Source: Ktedonobacteria bacterium (GTDB lineage Bacteria; Chloroflexota; Ktedonobacteria; Ktedonobacterales; JACDGC01). From it: DNA of 64,000 bases. Below are positions 37,416 to 46,913 of this stretch, one piece after another. Position numbers and translations under genes: made by a program. Location of the stretch: contig DAIDIC010000093.1 of assembly GCA_027459525.1 (NCBI GenBank), forward strand, positions 8,039 to 72,038. The letters run 5' to 3'. The notes under the pieces are model-generated. The model made no database searches. It had not been told where the DNA came from and saw nothing but the letters and a program-made list of their open reading frames with translations. How positions within the stretch are numbered: position 1 is the stretch's first letter; each line of letters begins with the position of its first letter.

Positions 37416-38522
37416 TTATTGGCCTCCCGCTAAAATGTCTGTTTCGATGGTTTGCGGTTCATCGTTTACAACTTGCCGACTCAGTGATTTAGGAGGCCCA
37501 TTCGGCTGCAATCGAGGATCGTATAAATGGCACGCAGTTAAATGATCCGCCGCAGAAGCGTCAACCGGCTGTAATGATGGGTAAACAGTGCGGCAAGACT
37601 CCGCGGCAAACGCGCAGCGCGGATGGAATGCGCAGCCCGGTGGCAAATTACGCAAATCAGGCGGATGCCCGGGTATGCCCAAAATCTGCTTTTTTTCGCC
37701 ATAAAGCGAAGGAAAAGAATGCAACAAGCCATGAGTATAGGGATGCTGTGTGTTGCGCATAATAGTTTGCCGATTTGATTGCTCCACTATTTTACCGGCG
37801 TACATAATTGCCAGATGATCGCATATCTCTGTAAGCAGTGAAAGATCGTGCGTAATAAACACCACCGAAAACCCAAATGTATTCTTTAAGTTTTGAATTT
37901 CTGATAAGATTTCGCGCTGCACCACAACATCCAAAGCGGTAGTCGGCTCATCCATAATAATCAATTCCGGATTCAGCGCCAGCGCAATAGCAATAACAAC
38001 ACGCTGCCGCATACCGCCGCTTAACTGATGGGGAAAGCTTTTTAACCGTTCGGGGGCAATACCCACCATTTTTACCAGTTCAACCGCTCTTTGGTAATAC
38101 TCATCGCGATGTAAATGCGGATGATGGGTGCGAAGAGTATCAATAATTTGTGTTTGCACACTTAATACCGGATTTAAGGCGTTCATAGCGCTTTGAAAAA
38201 CTATCGACAGCTTTTTCCAGCGAAAATCTCGCAATTCTTTTTTATTTAATTGCAAAATATCAATTGGCTCACTGCGCGCGTCATCCGGTTTTGGATAAAA
38301 CAACGCGCGGCCGCCGGTAATTTCTGCCGGAAACTTTAACAGCCGGGCAACAGCAAACGCCAAGGTAGATTTTCCGCTGCCACTTTCACCTGCAAGCCCA
38401 AAAATTTCCCCGCGATTGACGGAAAAAGACACATCCGATACAGCGTGAACCGTTCCTGAACGCGAAAAGTAGTCAACTCCGATATGCTGAACATCTAATA
38501 TCACTTTATTTTGTGCGGTCAT
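37416..38522 (-). CDS. Opp/Dpp-family ABC transporter ATP-binding protein (OppD-like)
   Basis: GESGSGKST, LSGGMRQRVVIAIAL, IIMDEPTTALD and the C-terminal CAFHPRCAF motif. Confidence 0.9.
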   Translation of the reverse strand: MTAQNKVILDVQHIGVDYFSRSGTVHAVSDVSFSVNRGEIFGLAGESGSGKSTLAFAVARLLKFPAEITGGRALFYPKPDDARSEPIDILQLNKKELRDFRWKKLSIVFQSAMNALNPVLSVQTQIIDTLRTHHPHLHRDEYYQRAVELVKMVGIAPERLKSFPHQLSGGMRQRVVIAIALALNPELIIMDEPTTALDVVVQREILSEIQNLKNTFGFSVVFITHDLSLLTEICDHLAIMYAGKIVEQSNRQTIMRNTQHPYTHGLLHSFPSLYGEKKQILGIPGHPPDLRNLPPGCAFHPRCAFAAESCRTVYPSLQPVDASAADHLTACHLYDPRLQPNGPPKSLSRQVVNDEPQTIETDILAGGQ

Positions 38523-39478
38523 TCGGCGGCCTTCTTTCCACGATTCTTAGACGGAACCATCATAAGTTTCGGGTTCACAATGGTGTCTAGCCCAAAATTG
38601 ATAAACGCCAAGGATGATCCTAACAGCGCAACGCATAACCCCGGCGGCAAAAACCACCACCATGCGCTTAACAATGTTCCGCTATTCTGCGCCCAATACA
38701 GCATATTGCCCCAGCTTACGGCAAGAATATTGCCCAAGCCAAGAAACGACAGACTAATTTCTGTTAATATGGCGTATATAGTAGTAAAAATAAAACTGGA
38801 TGCAACAATCGCTATTAAATTCGGCATGATGTCAAAGAAGATGATTCTAAAATTATTTTCTCCGCCTAATTTGGAGGCTTGTATAAAATCTCTGTCGCGC
38901 ATCGTCAGTGTTTGGGACCGTAAAACACGCGCCCCCCATGCCCAATTTGTCAGACCCACAATGAAAACAATTGGCCATACCGATGTGTTAGGCACATAAG
39001 AAGACAAAACAATTGCCAATGGCGCCCCAGGAATAACCAAAAAAATATTAGTAATCAGCGACAGTACATCATCTGCCCACCCGCCTAAATATCCACTGAC
39101 CAACCCCATAATCACCGAAAGAGTTGTGGCAATGACGCCGGCGGCAAAGCCAGATAGTAATGTAAGTTTTGCGCCGATAACCAATTGCGAAAATACATCC
39201 TGACCGGTAAGAGTTGTTCCTAATAAATGCTTTACTGAAGGTGGCGCCAATGAATCGTTACTGAATGCGTTAGGGTCACCGTGAATAAAAAGCGGGCCAA
39301 AAGCAGCAACCAAAATAAAAAACAGCAGCATGCCAATACCTGTCCAAAACATTGCTGATTTAGGCAGCTGCGGCATCGCAAGTTTTGCCGCCAGATTTTT
39401 GATCATCGACCGCATATTGTTCGAGGTCTGCTTTGGCGAAGCCGCTGGCTTGCCGCCATGTGTATTCAATAGTTCCAT
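38519..39478 (-). CDS. Opp/Dpp-family ABC transporter permease (OppC/DppC-like)
   Basis: Polytopic protein with an N-terminal OppC-type region (HLLGTTLTGQDVFSQL) and an EAA-loop-like region (FIQASKLGGENNFRIIFFDIMPN). Confidence 0.88.
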   Translation of the reverse strand: MELLNTHGGKPAASPKQTSNNMRSMIKNLAAKLAMPQLPKSAMFWTGIGMLLFFILVAAFGPLFIHGDPNAFSNDSLAPPSVKHLLGTTLTGQDVFSQLVIGAKLTLLSGFAAGVIATTLSVIMGLVSGYLGGWADDVLSLITNIFLVIPGAPLAIVLSSYVPNTSVWPIVFIVGLTNWAWGARVLRSQTLTMRDRDFIQASKLGGENNFRIIFFDIMPNLIAIVASSFIFTTIYAILTEISLSFLGLGNILAVSWGNMLYWAQNSGTLLSAWWWFLPPGLCVALLGSSLAFINFGLDTIVNPKLMMVPSKNRGKKAAE

Positions 39479-39490
39479 AGCCGACTCCTT

Positions 39491-40483
39491 TTAGTACCGA
39501 ACCCGTGGATCAAGGATAAGATACATAATATCTGCTAAAAAATTTGCCGCCAAAACAGACAAAGCAATAACCAAAAAGATTCCCTGTATCAGGGGATAAT
39601 CAGAATTCTGCACAGCTTGAAACAACAGAAAACCGATTCCAGGATATGAGAAAACCGATTCCATAATAATGGAGCCGCCAACCACAAACCCCAAAGATAA
39701 CGCAAAACCAGTGATATTTGGCAAAATAGCGTTTCTGGCCGCATACATCGTCATAACCCGCCAGTTTGAAAGTCCTTTAGCTTCCGCCATTAACACATAA
39801 TCTTCCGAAAGAGTGTTTAACATTGCGTTGCGCATACCAACCATCCAACCGGCAAGTGAAACTAAAACAATAGTTAACGCCGGTAAAATAGCGTGATTCA
39901 GCACATCAAATAATAATGACAAACTGAATTGGGAAGTATCCGCCGTAAAACTATACGCGCCAATTATGGGAAACCACCCAAATTTAAAACCAAGAAAATA
40001 TAAAAAGAACAGCGCTAAATAAAAATAGGGTATTGATGATAAAAAAGTAAGCGCCGGCGGCACAATTCTATCAAAAATTGAACCCTGCCTCCAAGCGGAT
40101 ACAACACCCAACAGTGTTCCCAAAATAAAACTCATGATACTTGCGACACCAATTAACCCCATCGTCCAAAATACATGGCTGACTATAACGGTGGAAACCG
40201 GTGTGGGATAATATTCAAACGACAACCCTAACTTGCCATGCAGCAAATCACCTAAATAACTAAAATATTGCTGCCATTCAGGAATTTTGGTGTTAATTCC
40301 AAACTGCAATTCCAGCGCCGCTATGGCTCTTGGGTCAATACGGCCTTGGGAACGGCCGACAAGTGTTTGTACGGGATCTCCCGGCGCCAGCCTGGGAATA
40401 ATAAAATTCAGGGTTACAGCAGTCCATAACGCAATCACATAAAAAAATATCCGGCGTATGAAGTATCTCATGGGAAGCCTCAC
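39491..40483 (-). CDS. Opp/Dpp-family ABC transporter permease (OppB/DppB-like)
   Basis: The start MRYFIRRIFFYVIALWTAVTLNFIIPRLAPGDP is typical of OppB. EAA loop: YVLMAEAKGLSNWRVMTMYAARNA. Confidence 0.88.
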   Translation of the reverse strand: MRLPMRYFIRRIFFYVIALWTAVTLNFIIPRLAPGDPVQTLVGRSQGRIDPRAIAALELQFGINTKIPEWQQYFSYLGDLLHGKLGLSFEYYPTPVSTVIVSHVFWTMGLIGVASIMSFILGTLLGVVSAWRQGSIFDRIVPPALTFLSSIPYFYLALFFLYFLGFKFGWFPIIGAYSFTADTSQFSLSLLFDVLNHAILPALTIVLVSLAGWMVGMRNAMLNTLSEDYVLMAEAKGLSNWRVMTMYAARNAILPNITGFALSLGFVVGGSIIMESVFSYPGIGFLLFQAVQNSDYPLIQGIFLVIALSVLAANFLADIMYLILDPRVRY

Positions 40484-40565
40484 GTGTGATTAATTGAGAG
40501 CGCAGGCAAAATGTCTGCGCTCCAGAGGGAAAGGAACGAACCAATGCTATTGTATATTGTAAACC

Positions 40566-42221
40566 TTAGTTCGTCGGCTGCAAATTGAGAACTACATACT
40601 CCAAATCTGGCTGTTCATAAGGAGCAGGCGCGGCGTAAGGATTCGATTGAGTTGGCCAGCCGGTAAAGCGGGCGGTGCTGTAATCAAAGAACATTGCGCC
40701 ATTGAACAGCGGAATAACCGGAATATCATTAACCATAATAGACTCTAATCCGTTTAACGCCTGCTGCTGCGTCGCAGAATCCGATGATGTAGCCAATTGA
40801 GTGAGCAATTGGTCGGCTTGCGGATTGCTGTAACGCCAGTAATTGGATGTAGCGTTTTGCCCTATCGGAGCTGTATTATTGCTGGAAAGCAATGAATTAA
40901 ACAGGTAATAGGGTGTTGGTCCGGGATTGGTCCAAGAGATAGCGGCGTCGAAAGAGCCGTTTTGCAGTGAAGAAATATACTGATTGAACGAAATTACATT
41001 TGGCGTTACCTGGAAACCGAGTTGCGTTAATTCCTGAGCCATAATTTGCGTATCAGTATCCCAGTCGGTCCAGCCGGTAACAACGTTTATTTGGAATTTA
41101 ATCGGATTGCCGTTTTTATCCAAATATTGTCCCGCGCTGTTCTTTTTGTATCCGGCGTTATTCAAGATAGTTTGCGCCTGAGTAACGCTTGGGGAACCAA
41201 AAGAAGCGTTGGCAAACTGCGAATCTAAGAAAGACTGCTGCGCCGGAAGCATCAGTTCGGTTGGGTTGGCAACCGAGTCTAAACCAGATTCGCCTTGTGT
41301 GACAAGCTGCTGGCGATCGATGACAGCGCTAACCGCTTGACGGAAAGCGACATCGTTATACGGCGCTTTTGTCAGGTTAAAGTACAGATTAATGACGTTA
41401 GACGCCGGCCAGTAAAAGTGATTATTGGCGTTGCTTTTGGCCCATGTTTGAATATCTGTAGTAAATACGCCGGCCCAATCAAGCCCGCCGGTTTGCAGCA
41501 CCAAATCTGCGCTGGTATTTGAAGATACCGCCGGATAGCGGATAGTATCTACGTGAATGGAGCTGACATTCCAATAATTTGAATTTTTTACATAAGTGAA
41601 AACTTGCGGGGTAAATGAACCAACTTTATATGGGCCGGTGCCAACCGGATTTTGGTTGGTTACTTTACTGGGGTCTGGATACGATGACCAGACATGCTGC
41701 GGAACAATAGGCGTTTGGCCGGCAATATACCAAAGATCGGTTAATCCGGGTTTATTAAAGGTCATAACAACCGTGTTGGGATCGGAATTGGTAACACTGA
41801 CCAAATCTTTCCACACAGCGTTGGTGTCTATTGCGGGGAACTGTTTAAGCAAATTGAAGGTAAAAACGACATCCGTCGCGCTGAATGGCTGACCGTCATT
41901 CCATTTTACGCCTTGGCGGAGAGTAAAGGTTAAAGTTTTGCTATCTGAACTAAACTGATATTGCGTAGCAAGCCATGGTTGAATAGTGCCATTCAGCCGG
42001 TTAATTTGCAGTAAAGATTCATACACCAAGCCAAACGCGCCATAATTTGCCTGAGGCGGCGCAAGGAATGGGTTAAAGTTGTTCGTAAAATCTCCGGCAG
42101 GGGAAGGAACAACCGTTAAAACACTGGACGAACCGCTGCTTGAAGCGGAATTGCCGCAGCCGGCAAATATCATTGCTGCTGCCAAGGCAAACGCTGAAAG
42201 AACTTGAATTGAGCGACGCAC
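40566..42221 (-). CDS. Family-5 (OppA/DppA-like) substrate-binding lipoprotein, probably specific for beta-glucoside oligosaccharides
   Basis: AAAGGAGG RBS, then GTG 42221. Lipobox IFAGCG. Family-5 binding-protein fold pattern (TLTFTLRQGVKWNDGQPFSATDVVFTF). The sugar specificity is inferred from the GH1/regulator context only. Confidence 0.8.
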   Translation of the reverse strand: MRRSIQVLSAFALAAAMIFAGCGNSASSSGSSSVLTVVPSPAGDFTNNFNPFLAPPQANYGAFGLVYESLLQINRLNGTIQPWLATQYQFSSDSKTLTFTLRQGVKWNDGQPFSATDVVFTFNLLKQFPAIDTNAVWKDLVSVTNSDPNTVVMTFNKPGLTDLWYIAGQTPIVPQHVWSSYPDPSKVTNQNPVGTGPYKVGSFTPQVFTYVKNSNYWNVSSIHVDTIRYPAVSSNTSADLVLQTGGLDWAGVFTTDIQTWAKSNANNHFYWPASNVINLYFNLTKAPYNDVAFRQAVSAVIDRQQLVTQGESGLDSVANPTELMLPAQQSFLDSQFANASFGSPSVTQAQTILNNAGYKKNSAGQYLDKNGNPIKFQINVVTGWTDWDTDTQIMAQELTQLGFQVTPNVISFNQYISSLQNGSFDAAISWTNPGPTPYYLFNSLLSSNNTAPIGQNATSNYWRYSNPQADQLLTQLATSSDSATQQQALNGLESIMVNDIPVIPLFNGAMFFDYSTARFTGWPTQSNPYAAPAPYEQPDLEYVVLNLQPTN

Positions 42222-42998
42222 AATGAAACCTCCTTTGGATTTTGGCACGAATCTGCATTTGATTCGTAAGAAAAGCGGCGCGGCTGGCGCAAACAAAACA
42301 GTGTTCTCATAATTCCGGTTTAAAAAGTAATCTTTCAGAAATGGAAAGCGGCAAAAAAAGCCGATTGCAGCGCTATATTCTCAATTAGCAATAACGGATA
42401 AAAATATCAAATCTTGAAAGTACTTTTTCTTGGTTGCGTCAGCGCAGCCTGAGTATTATTTTTTTAGCTAAGTTTCACTGTAAAACCAGCCAAAAAAAAT
42501 CTCTATGCGACAAAATTCAATCTCTGAATTCAGTAACAACAGTATTTAGTTCATCATATTCATTTACATGAAAACAAGCAATATTTTCATATTTTTATCA
42601 GATAAAGGATGAATATTTGAACCAATGATTCGAATCTTTGCCAAAATTATACCATATCATTTTCGGGAAGTCAATACTTTTTCAGACATTTTTTTAATAT
42701 ATATCTGATTAACTTCCATTTCATCCGGCAACAAATAAAAATATATCGCCATATATCATACTCATTTTCCTGAATATATCATACTTATAAAGCCCATTAA
42801 AAATACCATTTTCTTGCAAAATATTTGCTGAATGCGTATACTTGATGAAGAAAGACCTGTTATTTTTATAATACACAGAGCAGTATCTTCGTTCTTTCGG
42901 AATCTGTCATATTTTATGTTTCAGATATACCCTAGTATCAAGTAGAAACAAGCAGGCAGAATAGGAGATAGCCGGCTTTTCTGTATGAGGAAGTTTTT

Positions 42999-44264
42999 AT
43001 GCATAAGGCAACATCAAATACCAACTTAGCTTCTTACCGACCACAATATGAAACTGTCGCCGAAAGAATTATTGATTATATCTTAGAGGCTCATCTCAAA
43101 CCGGGTGACCGGCTGCCACCTGAACAAAAATTGGGTGAGCAGCTTGGCGTTGGCCGCAGTGTCGTGCGCGAAGCCGTAAAATACTTATCGGCTACCGGGC
43201 TTATTGGCGCACGCCGCGGATACGGGCTGTATGTTGCCGACCGAGAAGAATTACTAGATCGTATGACATATTTAGCCGAATCAATGGGCTTGTCGCTTGC
43301 TGAGTCGCAATATTCCCGCATTCCGGCGCTGACAGAACGGCAAGAAAATGCTCCGGACCACGCTAATCTTCCCGGACTCGGCCGAATTACCCGAAAAGGA
43401 GTTCAGCCAATTTATGTAAATATTGTGGTGAACAGTCTGGCAACGCACTATGACTTTGCAATTCTTCGCGGTGTAGAATCTGCTTGCTATGAACACGGCT
43501 ACTATACAGTTCTTTCCACCGTTTACGACGAACGCGGCCAAGAAAGAAACTGGATGAAAACCATTAAAAGCGGTAACATAGACGGCGCTATTTTAGTGTT
43601 AAGCGCAAATTTGAATATAGATTTTACAACCCTAAATCAGCATAATCTTCCCATCGTTATTGTTGATAATTGCGGGGAAATGGTTCCGGAAATTCCTTCG
43701 GTTGGCGCAACAAATTGGACCGGCGCATTACAGGCAACACATTATCTTATCCGCTTAGGGCACACAAAAATTGCCACTATCAGCGGCACCCCAAATTTTA
43801 TTGCTGCACAGGCGCGCGCCGCCGGATTTCGCGTTGCTTTAGAATCTGCGGGCATTGCAATTAATCCGCAATATGTGCGCCCAGGATTTTTTGTGGGGGA
43901 CAGCGGCTATGTGCAAACTAATGAGCTGCTCAATCTGCCAGAGCCGCCGACAGCAATTTTTGTATGCAACGACATTCAATCTATTGGCGTGTACCATGCA
44001 TTGCGCGAACGCGGTGTAAAAATTCCTGAGGAAATGAGCGTTATCGGATTTGACAACGACCCTCGCAGCGAAGATTTATGGCCGCAACTGACCACTATTA
44101 ATCAGCCGCTTATGGAAATGGGCAGGGTAGGAACAAACATGATGGCTACGATGCTGCAAGGAAAGAAACTCGACGCAAACCGTGTTGAACTCGCCACCAC
44201 AATCGTTATTCGTGATTCTTGCGCCGCGCCGCGTCCGGGCGTTATTGAATCCTTGGGACGTTGA
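42999..44264 (+). CDS. AraR-type chimeric transcriptional regulator (GntR-family winged HTH plus LacI/GalR-type sugar-binding domain)
   Basis: The N-terminus (GDRLPPEQKLGEQLGVGRSVVREAVKYLSATGLI) is a GntR HTH. The C-terminal ~290 aa follow the periplasmic-binding-protein (LacI) pattern (AIFVCNDIQSIGVYHALRERGVKIPEEMSVIGFDN). Confidence 0.8.
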   Translation: MHKATSNTNLASYRPQYETVAERIIDYILEAHLKPGDRLPPEQKLGEQLGVGRSVVREAVKYLSATGLIGARRGYGLYVADREELLDRMTYLAESMGLSLAESQYSRIPALTERQENAPDHANLPGLGRITRKGVQPIYVNIVVNSLATHYDFAILRGVESACYEHGYYTVLSTVYDERGQERNWMKTIKSGNIDGAILVLSANLNIDFTTLNQHNLPIVIVDNCGEMVPEIPSVGATNWTGALQATHYLIRLGHTKIATISGTPNFIAAQARAAGFRVALESAGIAINPQYVRPGFFVGDSGYVQTNELLNLPEPPTAIFVCNDIQSIGVYHALRERGVKIPEEMSVIGFDNDPRSEDLWPQLTTINQPLMEMGRVGTNMMATMLQGKKLDANRVELATTIVIRDSCAAPRPGVIESLGR

Positions 44265-44332
44265 CACACACCGGCGGCGTTTTTTGGCGAAAAACACCGC
44301 CAATAATGACATTATGGATTCGCGATTGAAAC

Positions 44333-44374
44333 AAAAAAACTCAGATTCCGCGAAATTGCTTGCAGGAATCTGAG
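44333..44374 (-). terminator. Rho-independent terminator between convergent genes, possibly bidirectional
   Basis: A 10-bp stem, CTCAGATTCC (44340-44349) with GGAATCTGAG (44365-44374). On the minus strand it is followed by T7 (A7 at 44333-44339). A T-rich tract also follows on the plus strand. Confidence 0.7.
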
Positions 44375-44392
44375 CTTTGTCTATTGTTTTAG

Positions 44393-45769
44393 TTACCGCG
44401 CGCCTTTAATTTTGGCGACAAACCAAGTTCCCAGCGCAAAAAGAATCACCGAGACGCTGAACAATATGGAATAGGAAATATTCGGTGTCAGCCCAGAATT
44501 TTGCAGGAAAAATAAAATCGCGCCGCCCAAAACCGCGCCGATTACCTGCGGAATAATGCCCATTGCCGTCCAAATTCCCATATCTTTGCCGTATTGGTCA
44601 ACCGGCGGCAGCACATCTGTGGCCAGCGCCCAATCTACACTGGTATAGGCGCCATACCCTAATCCAAAAAAGCCTGCCGCCGCCAATGCAGCGCCAAACG
44701 CCACCGACACTGAGAGATTCGACGCGACAATAAACATAATACAGGTTACCGTCATCATAGCGCCGGAAAGATACACCATTATTTTCCGGCCGAATTTATC
44801 GGAAAGCGCGCCGCCAAGCATTGTTGTGATCAATGAAGATCCCAATACTATAGGAAAAAACTTAAATGACACATCAGATGACGCCGTATGATCTTTCAGC
44901 ACATCGGTAAAATAATACAGCAAAAAAGTATTGATAGACCAAATTCCCGTCATCACCATCAGCCGAGTTATCAACACCCATGTAAAATCGGGATATTTTT
45001 TCGTTTCCAGCTTAAATCTGCTCCAAAACTCTTTTGCCCGAAAAGGAATAACTGTTTGCGGCAGTGTTTCATGCACGCTGATAACGGTAAGAAACACAAA
45101 AAACGCCTGCACTGCAGCCAATGTGACATAAAATACAAACGTTTCGTGCGCAAATGTTTGCAAATATGCGCTGGTTACCTGCTGGTTATTGCCATAGCTT
45201 ACGATTGCGCCGGCAACAACAAAACCGGCAATAGTTCCCAGCAAAGTCATCAACCCATACCAGCCCGAAGCCGCGCCGCGCTGCTGTTTCGGCACTTGGT
45301 CGGCTATAATAGCGCTCCACGGCGCATTGGATATATTATTGGAAAATTGCAGCAGCACAAATAACAGCGCCATTACCACAATGCTGGGATGAGTAAATGG
45401 CGTTTGAATAAATGTCTGCCCCACTAACGCAAAACATAATAATATAATAACATTCATAACCGCCCCGGCAATCATAAACGGCCGCCGGCGGCCCAGCCGT
45501 GTGCGCACATAGTCGCTGATGGAACCGGTCAGCGGATTCACCGCAAAAGCCACCAAGGTACCCCACACTACCACCAGCGGCAAATTCAGGTCTTTATGCG
45601 CGGCGCCAAAATATACCGCAACCTGCGCGGGAATAACAACATTTAAAAGCGCGATCCAGTGGAAATTATTGGCAAACCAAAATAAATTAATCTTAATTTG
45701 CCCCCATACACTAATGCGCTGTACAGCTGCTTCGCTGTTCAATTGAATAGATTGGTCAGCGCTGGCCAT
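44393..45769 (-). CDS. MFS/GPH-family (glycoside-pentoside-hexuronide-like) sugar transporter
   Basis: 12-TMS protein with the GPH-type motif SISDYVRTRLGRRRPFMIAG. Start taken at ATG 45769 (MASADQS). Confidence 0.8.
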   Translation of the reverse strand: MASADQSIQLNSEAAVQRISVWGQIKINLFWFANNFHWIALLNVVIPAQVAVYFGAAHKDLNLPLVVVWGTLVAFAVNPLTGSISDYVRTRLGRRRPFMIAGAVMNVIILLCFALVGQTFIQTPFTHPSIVVMALLFVLLQFSNNISNAPWSAIIADQVPKQQRGAASGWYGLMTLLGTIAGFVVAGAIVSYGNNQQVTSAYLQTFAHETFVFYVTLAAVQAFFVFLTVISVHETLPQTVIPFRAKEFWSRFKLETKKYPDFTWVLITRLMVMTGIWSINTFLLYYFTDVLKDHTASSDVSFKFFPIVLGSSLITTMLGGALSDKFGRKIMVYLSGAMMTVTCIMFIVASNLSVSVAFGAALAAAGFFGLGYGAYTSVDWALATDVLPPVDQYGKDMGIWTAMGIIPQVIGAVLGGAILFFLQNSGLTPNISYSILFSVSVILFALGTWFVAKIKGAR

Positions 45770-45929
45770 GCACGTTTCCTCTTCATGAATTATAAATACA
45801 TCCGCGAGATTTGCATGAATATGGCGCGGCAAATCCGTTTCGGATTAAGTTTTATTATACATGATTTTTGCGGAATTGACGTTAAACAATTGCGTTATAT
45901 GCTGCTCTTGCTCAAATATTATATAAAAT

Positions 45930-46409
45930 TCAGGTTTGCGGCGCTGACACTGGACAATTCTGTCCCAACATGGGAACATATTTGGGAAAGAATGAAACAT
46001 AAACGCTATATTGTATCGGGCAGCTGGGAATATTTTGCCACGTAACCCGCACAGTAACCGATTCCCCGGAAATCGCCTGACCGGATGAGGGAACAATTGT
46101 TAATGGGATGGGATTTGTCACCATAATACTCCAATATATGGGCTTATGCGCGTTTGCATACATAGTAAGGGATATTGTACAAAAATGAACTGATTTTTGC
46201 GGACAATTATCTGCCACACTCAATTTAGCAACTCCGGAGTTATTTATGCTGACATGCTCAGTTGCCGGCCCCAAAAAGGGGACGCTGCACCCAGTTACAC
46301 TAAGCGCCAGTACCACCAACAGCGGAAAAAATTTAGCGCGCAGCCGCGCTATAGCAACTACATAGCGCAAATATAATCTATTGTGAGAATGAATGAACAA
46401 CATAACCAT
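45930..46409 (-). CDS. Hypothetical lipoprotein
   Basis: Signal peptide plus lipobox LALSVTGCS, with a beta-rich mature part. The gene starts 6 nt after the upstream gene ends. Confidence 0.45.
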   Translation of the reverse strand: MVMLFIHSHNRLYLRYVVAIARLRAKFFPLLVVLALSVTGCSVPFLGPATEHVSINNSGVAKLSVADNCPQKSVHFCTISLTMYANAHKPIYWSIMVTNPIPLTIVPSSGQAISGESVTVRVTWQNIPSCPIQYSVYVSFFPKYVPMLGQNCPVSAPQT

Positions 46410-46415
46410 ATATCT

Positions 46416-46814
46416 TCAAGGTCTGCTAATAAAATATGAATAATAATTTATTTGGCCAACCCACCAAATCGAAACACCAATGCATCCAACAATAAAACCA
46501 AGCGGCTTCCACCACGCAATTTTAAAGATACGTGATACTCCCCACACCAAAATACTTACTATAAGAGATGGCGTCACCGCAAAATAGTTGATGAGAACAG
46601 CGTCACTCACGCTTTTGGGATGATAGATCGGATATACAAAAATTGCTAAAAAATCCGGTCCCAAATTTACGGCGCAAATTCCAATGAGAGAGCCTAAAAC
46701 GATCAAACCACACTCAATAAGCGCCCATACGATAATTTTTTTGTTTGGAAGCGTATATATACGCCCTTGCGGGTATTGATTCATACGATGGTCAATTCCT
46801 TTGTGCAAACGCAT
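46416..46814 (-). CDS. Hypothetical membrane protein
   Basis: 132-aa ORF with four hydrophobic helices. I recognised no family motif. Confidence 0.45.
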   Translation of the reverse strand: MRLHKGIDHRMNQYPQGRIYTLPNKKIIVWALIECGLIVLGSLIGICAVNLGPDFLAIFVYPIYHPKSVSDAVLINYFAVTPSLIVSILVWGVSRIFKIAWWKPLGFIVGCIGVSIWWVGQINYYSYFISRP

Positions 46815-46913
46815 TCATTATTGGGGTTACATTTTTAATGGAGGACTTCGGGGAGATATCGCTGCCGTTCTCCCCATTATTTGAACAGATTCAGCAAAAT
46901 AGCAGCTAGTATG

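Noticed and set aside
42417-42426. The 10-bp palindrome AAAGTACTTT, considered as a candidate operator for the AraR-type regulator.
   Set aside because: Palindromes with 5-bp arms are expected dozens of times by chance in this window. There is no second copy and no positional support.
42627-42636. GATTCGAATC, which resembles a tRNA T-arm on the minus strand.
   Set aside because: No acceptor stem, D-arm or anticodon arm can be built from the flanking sequence. The surrounding DNA is AT-rich spacer.
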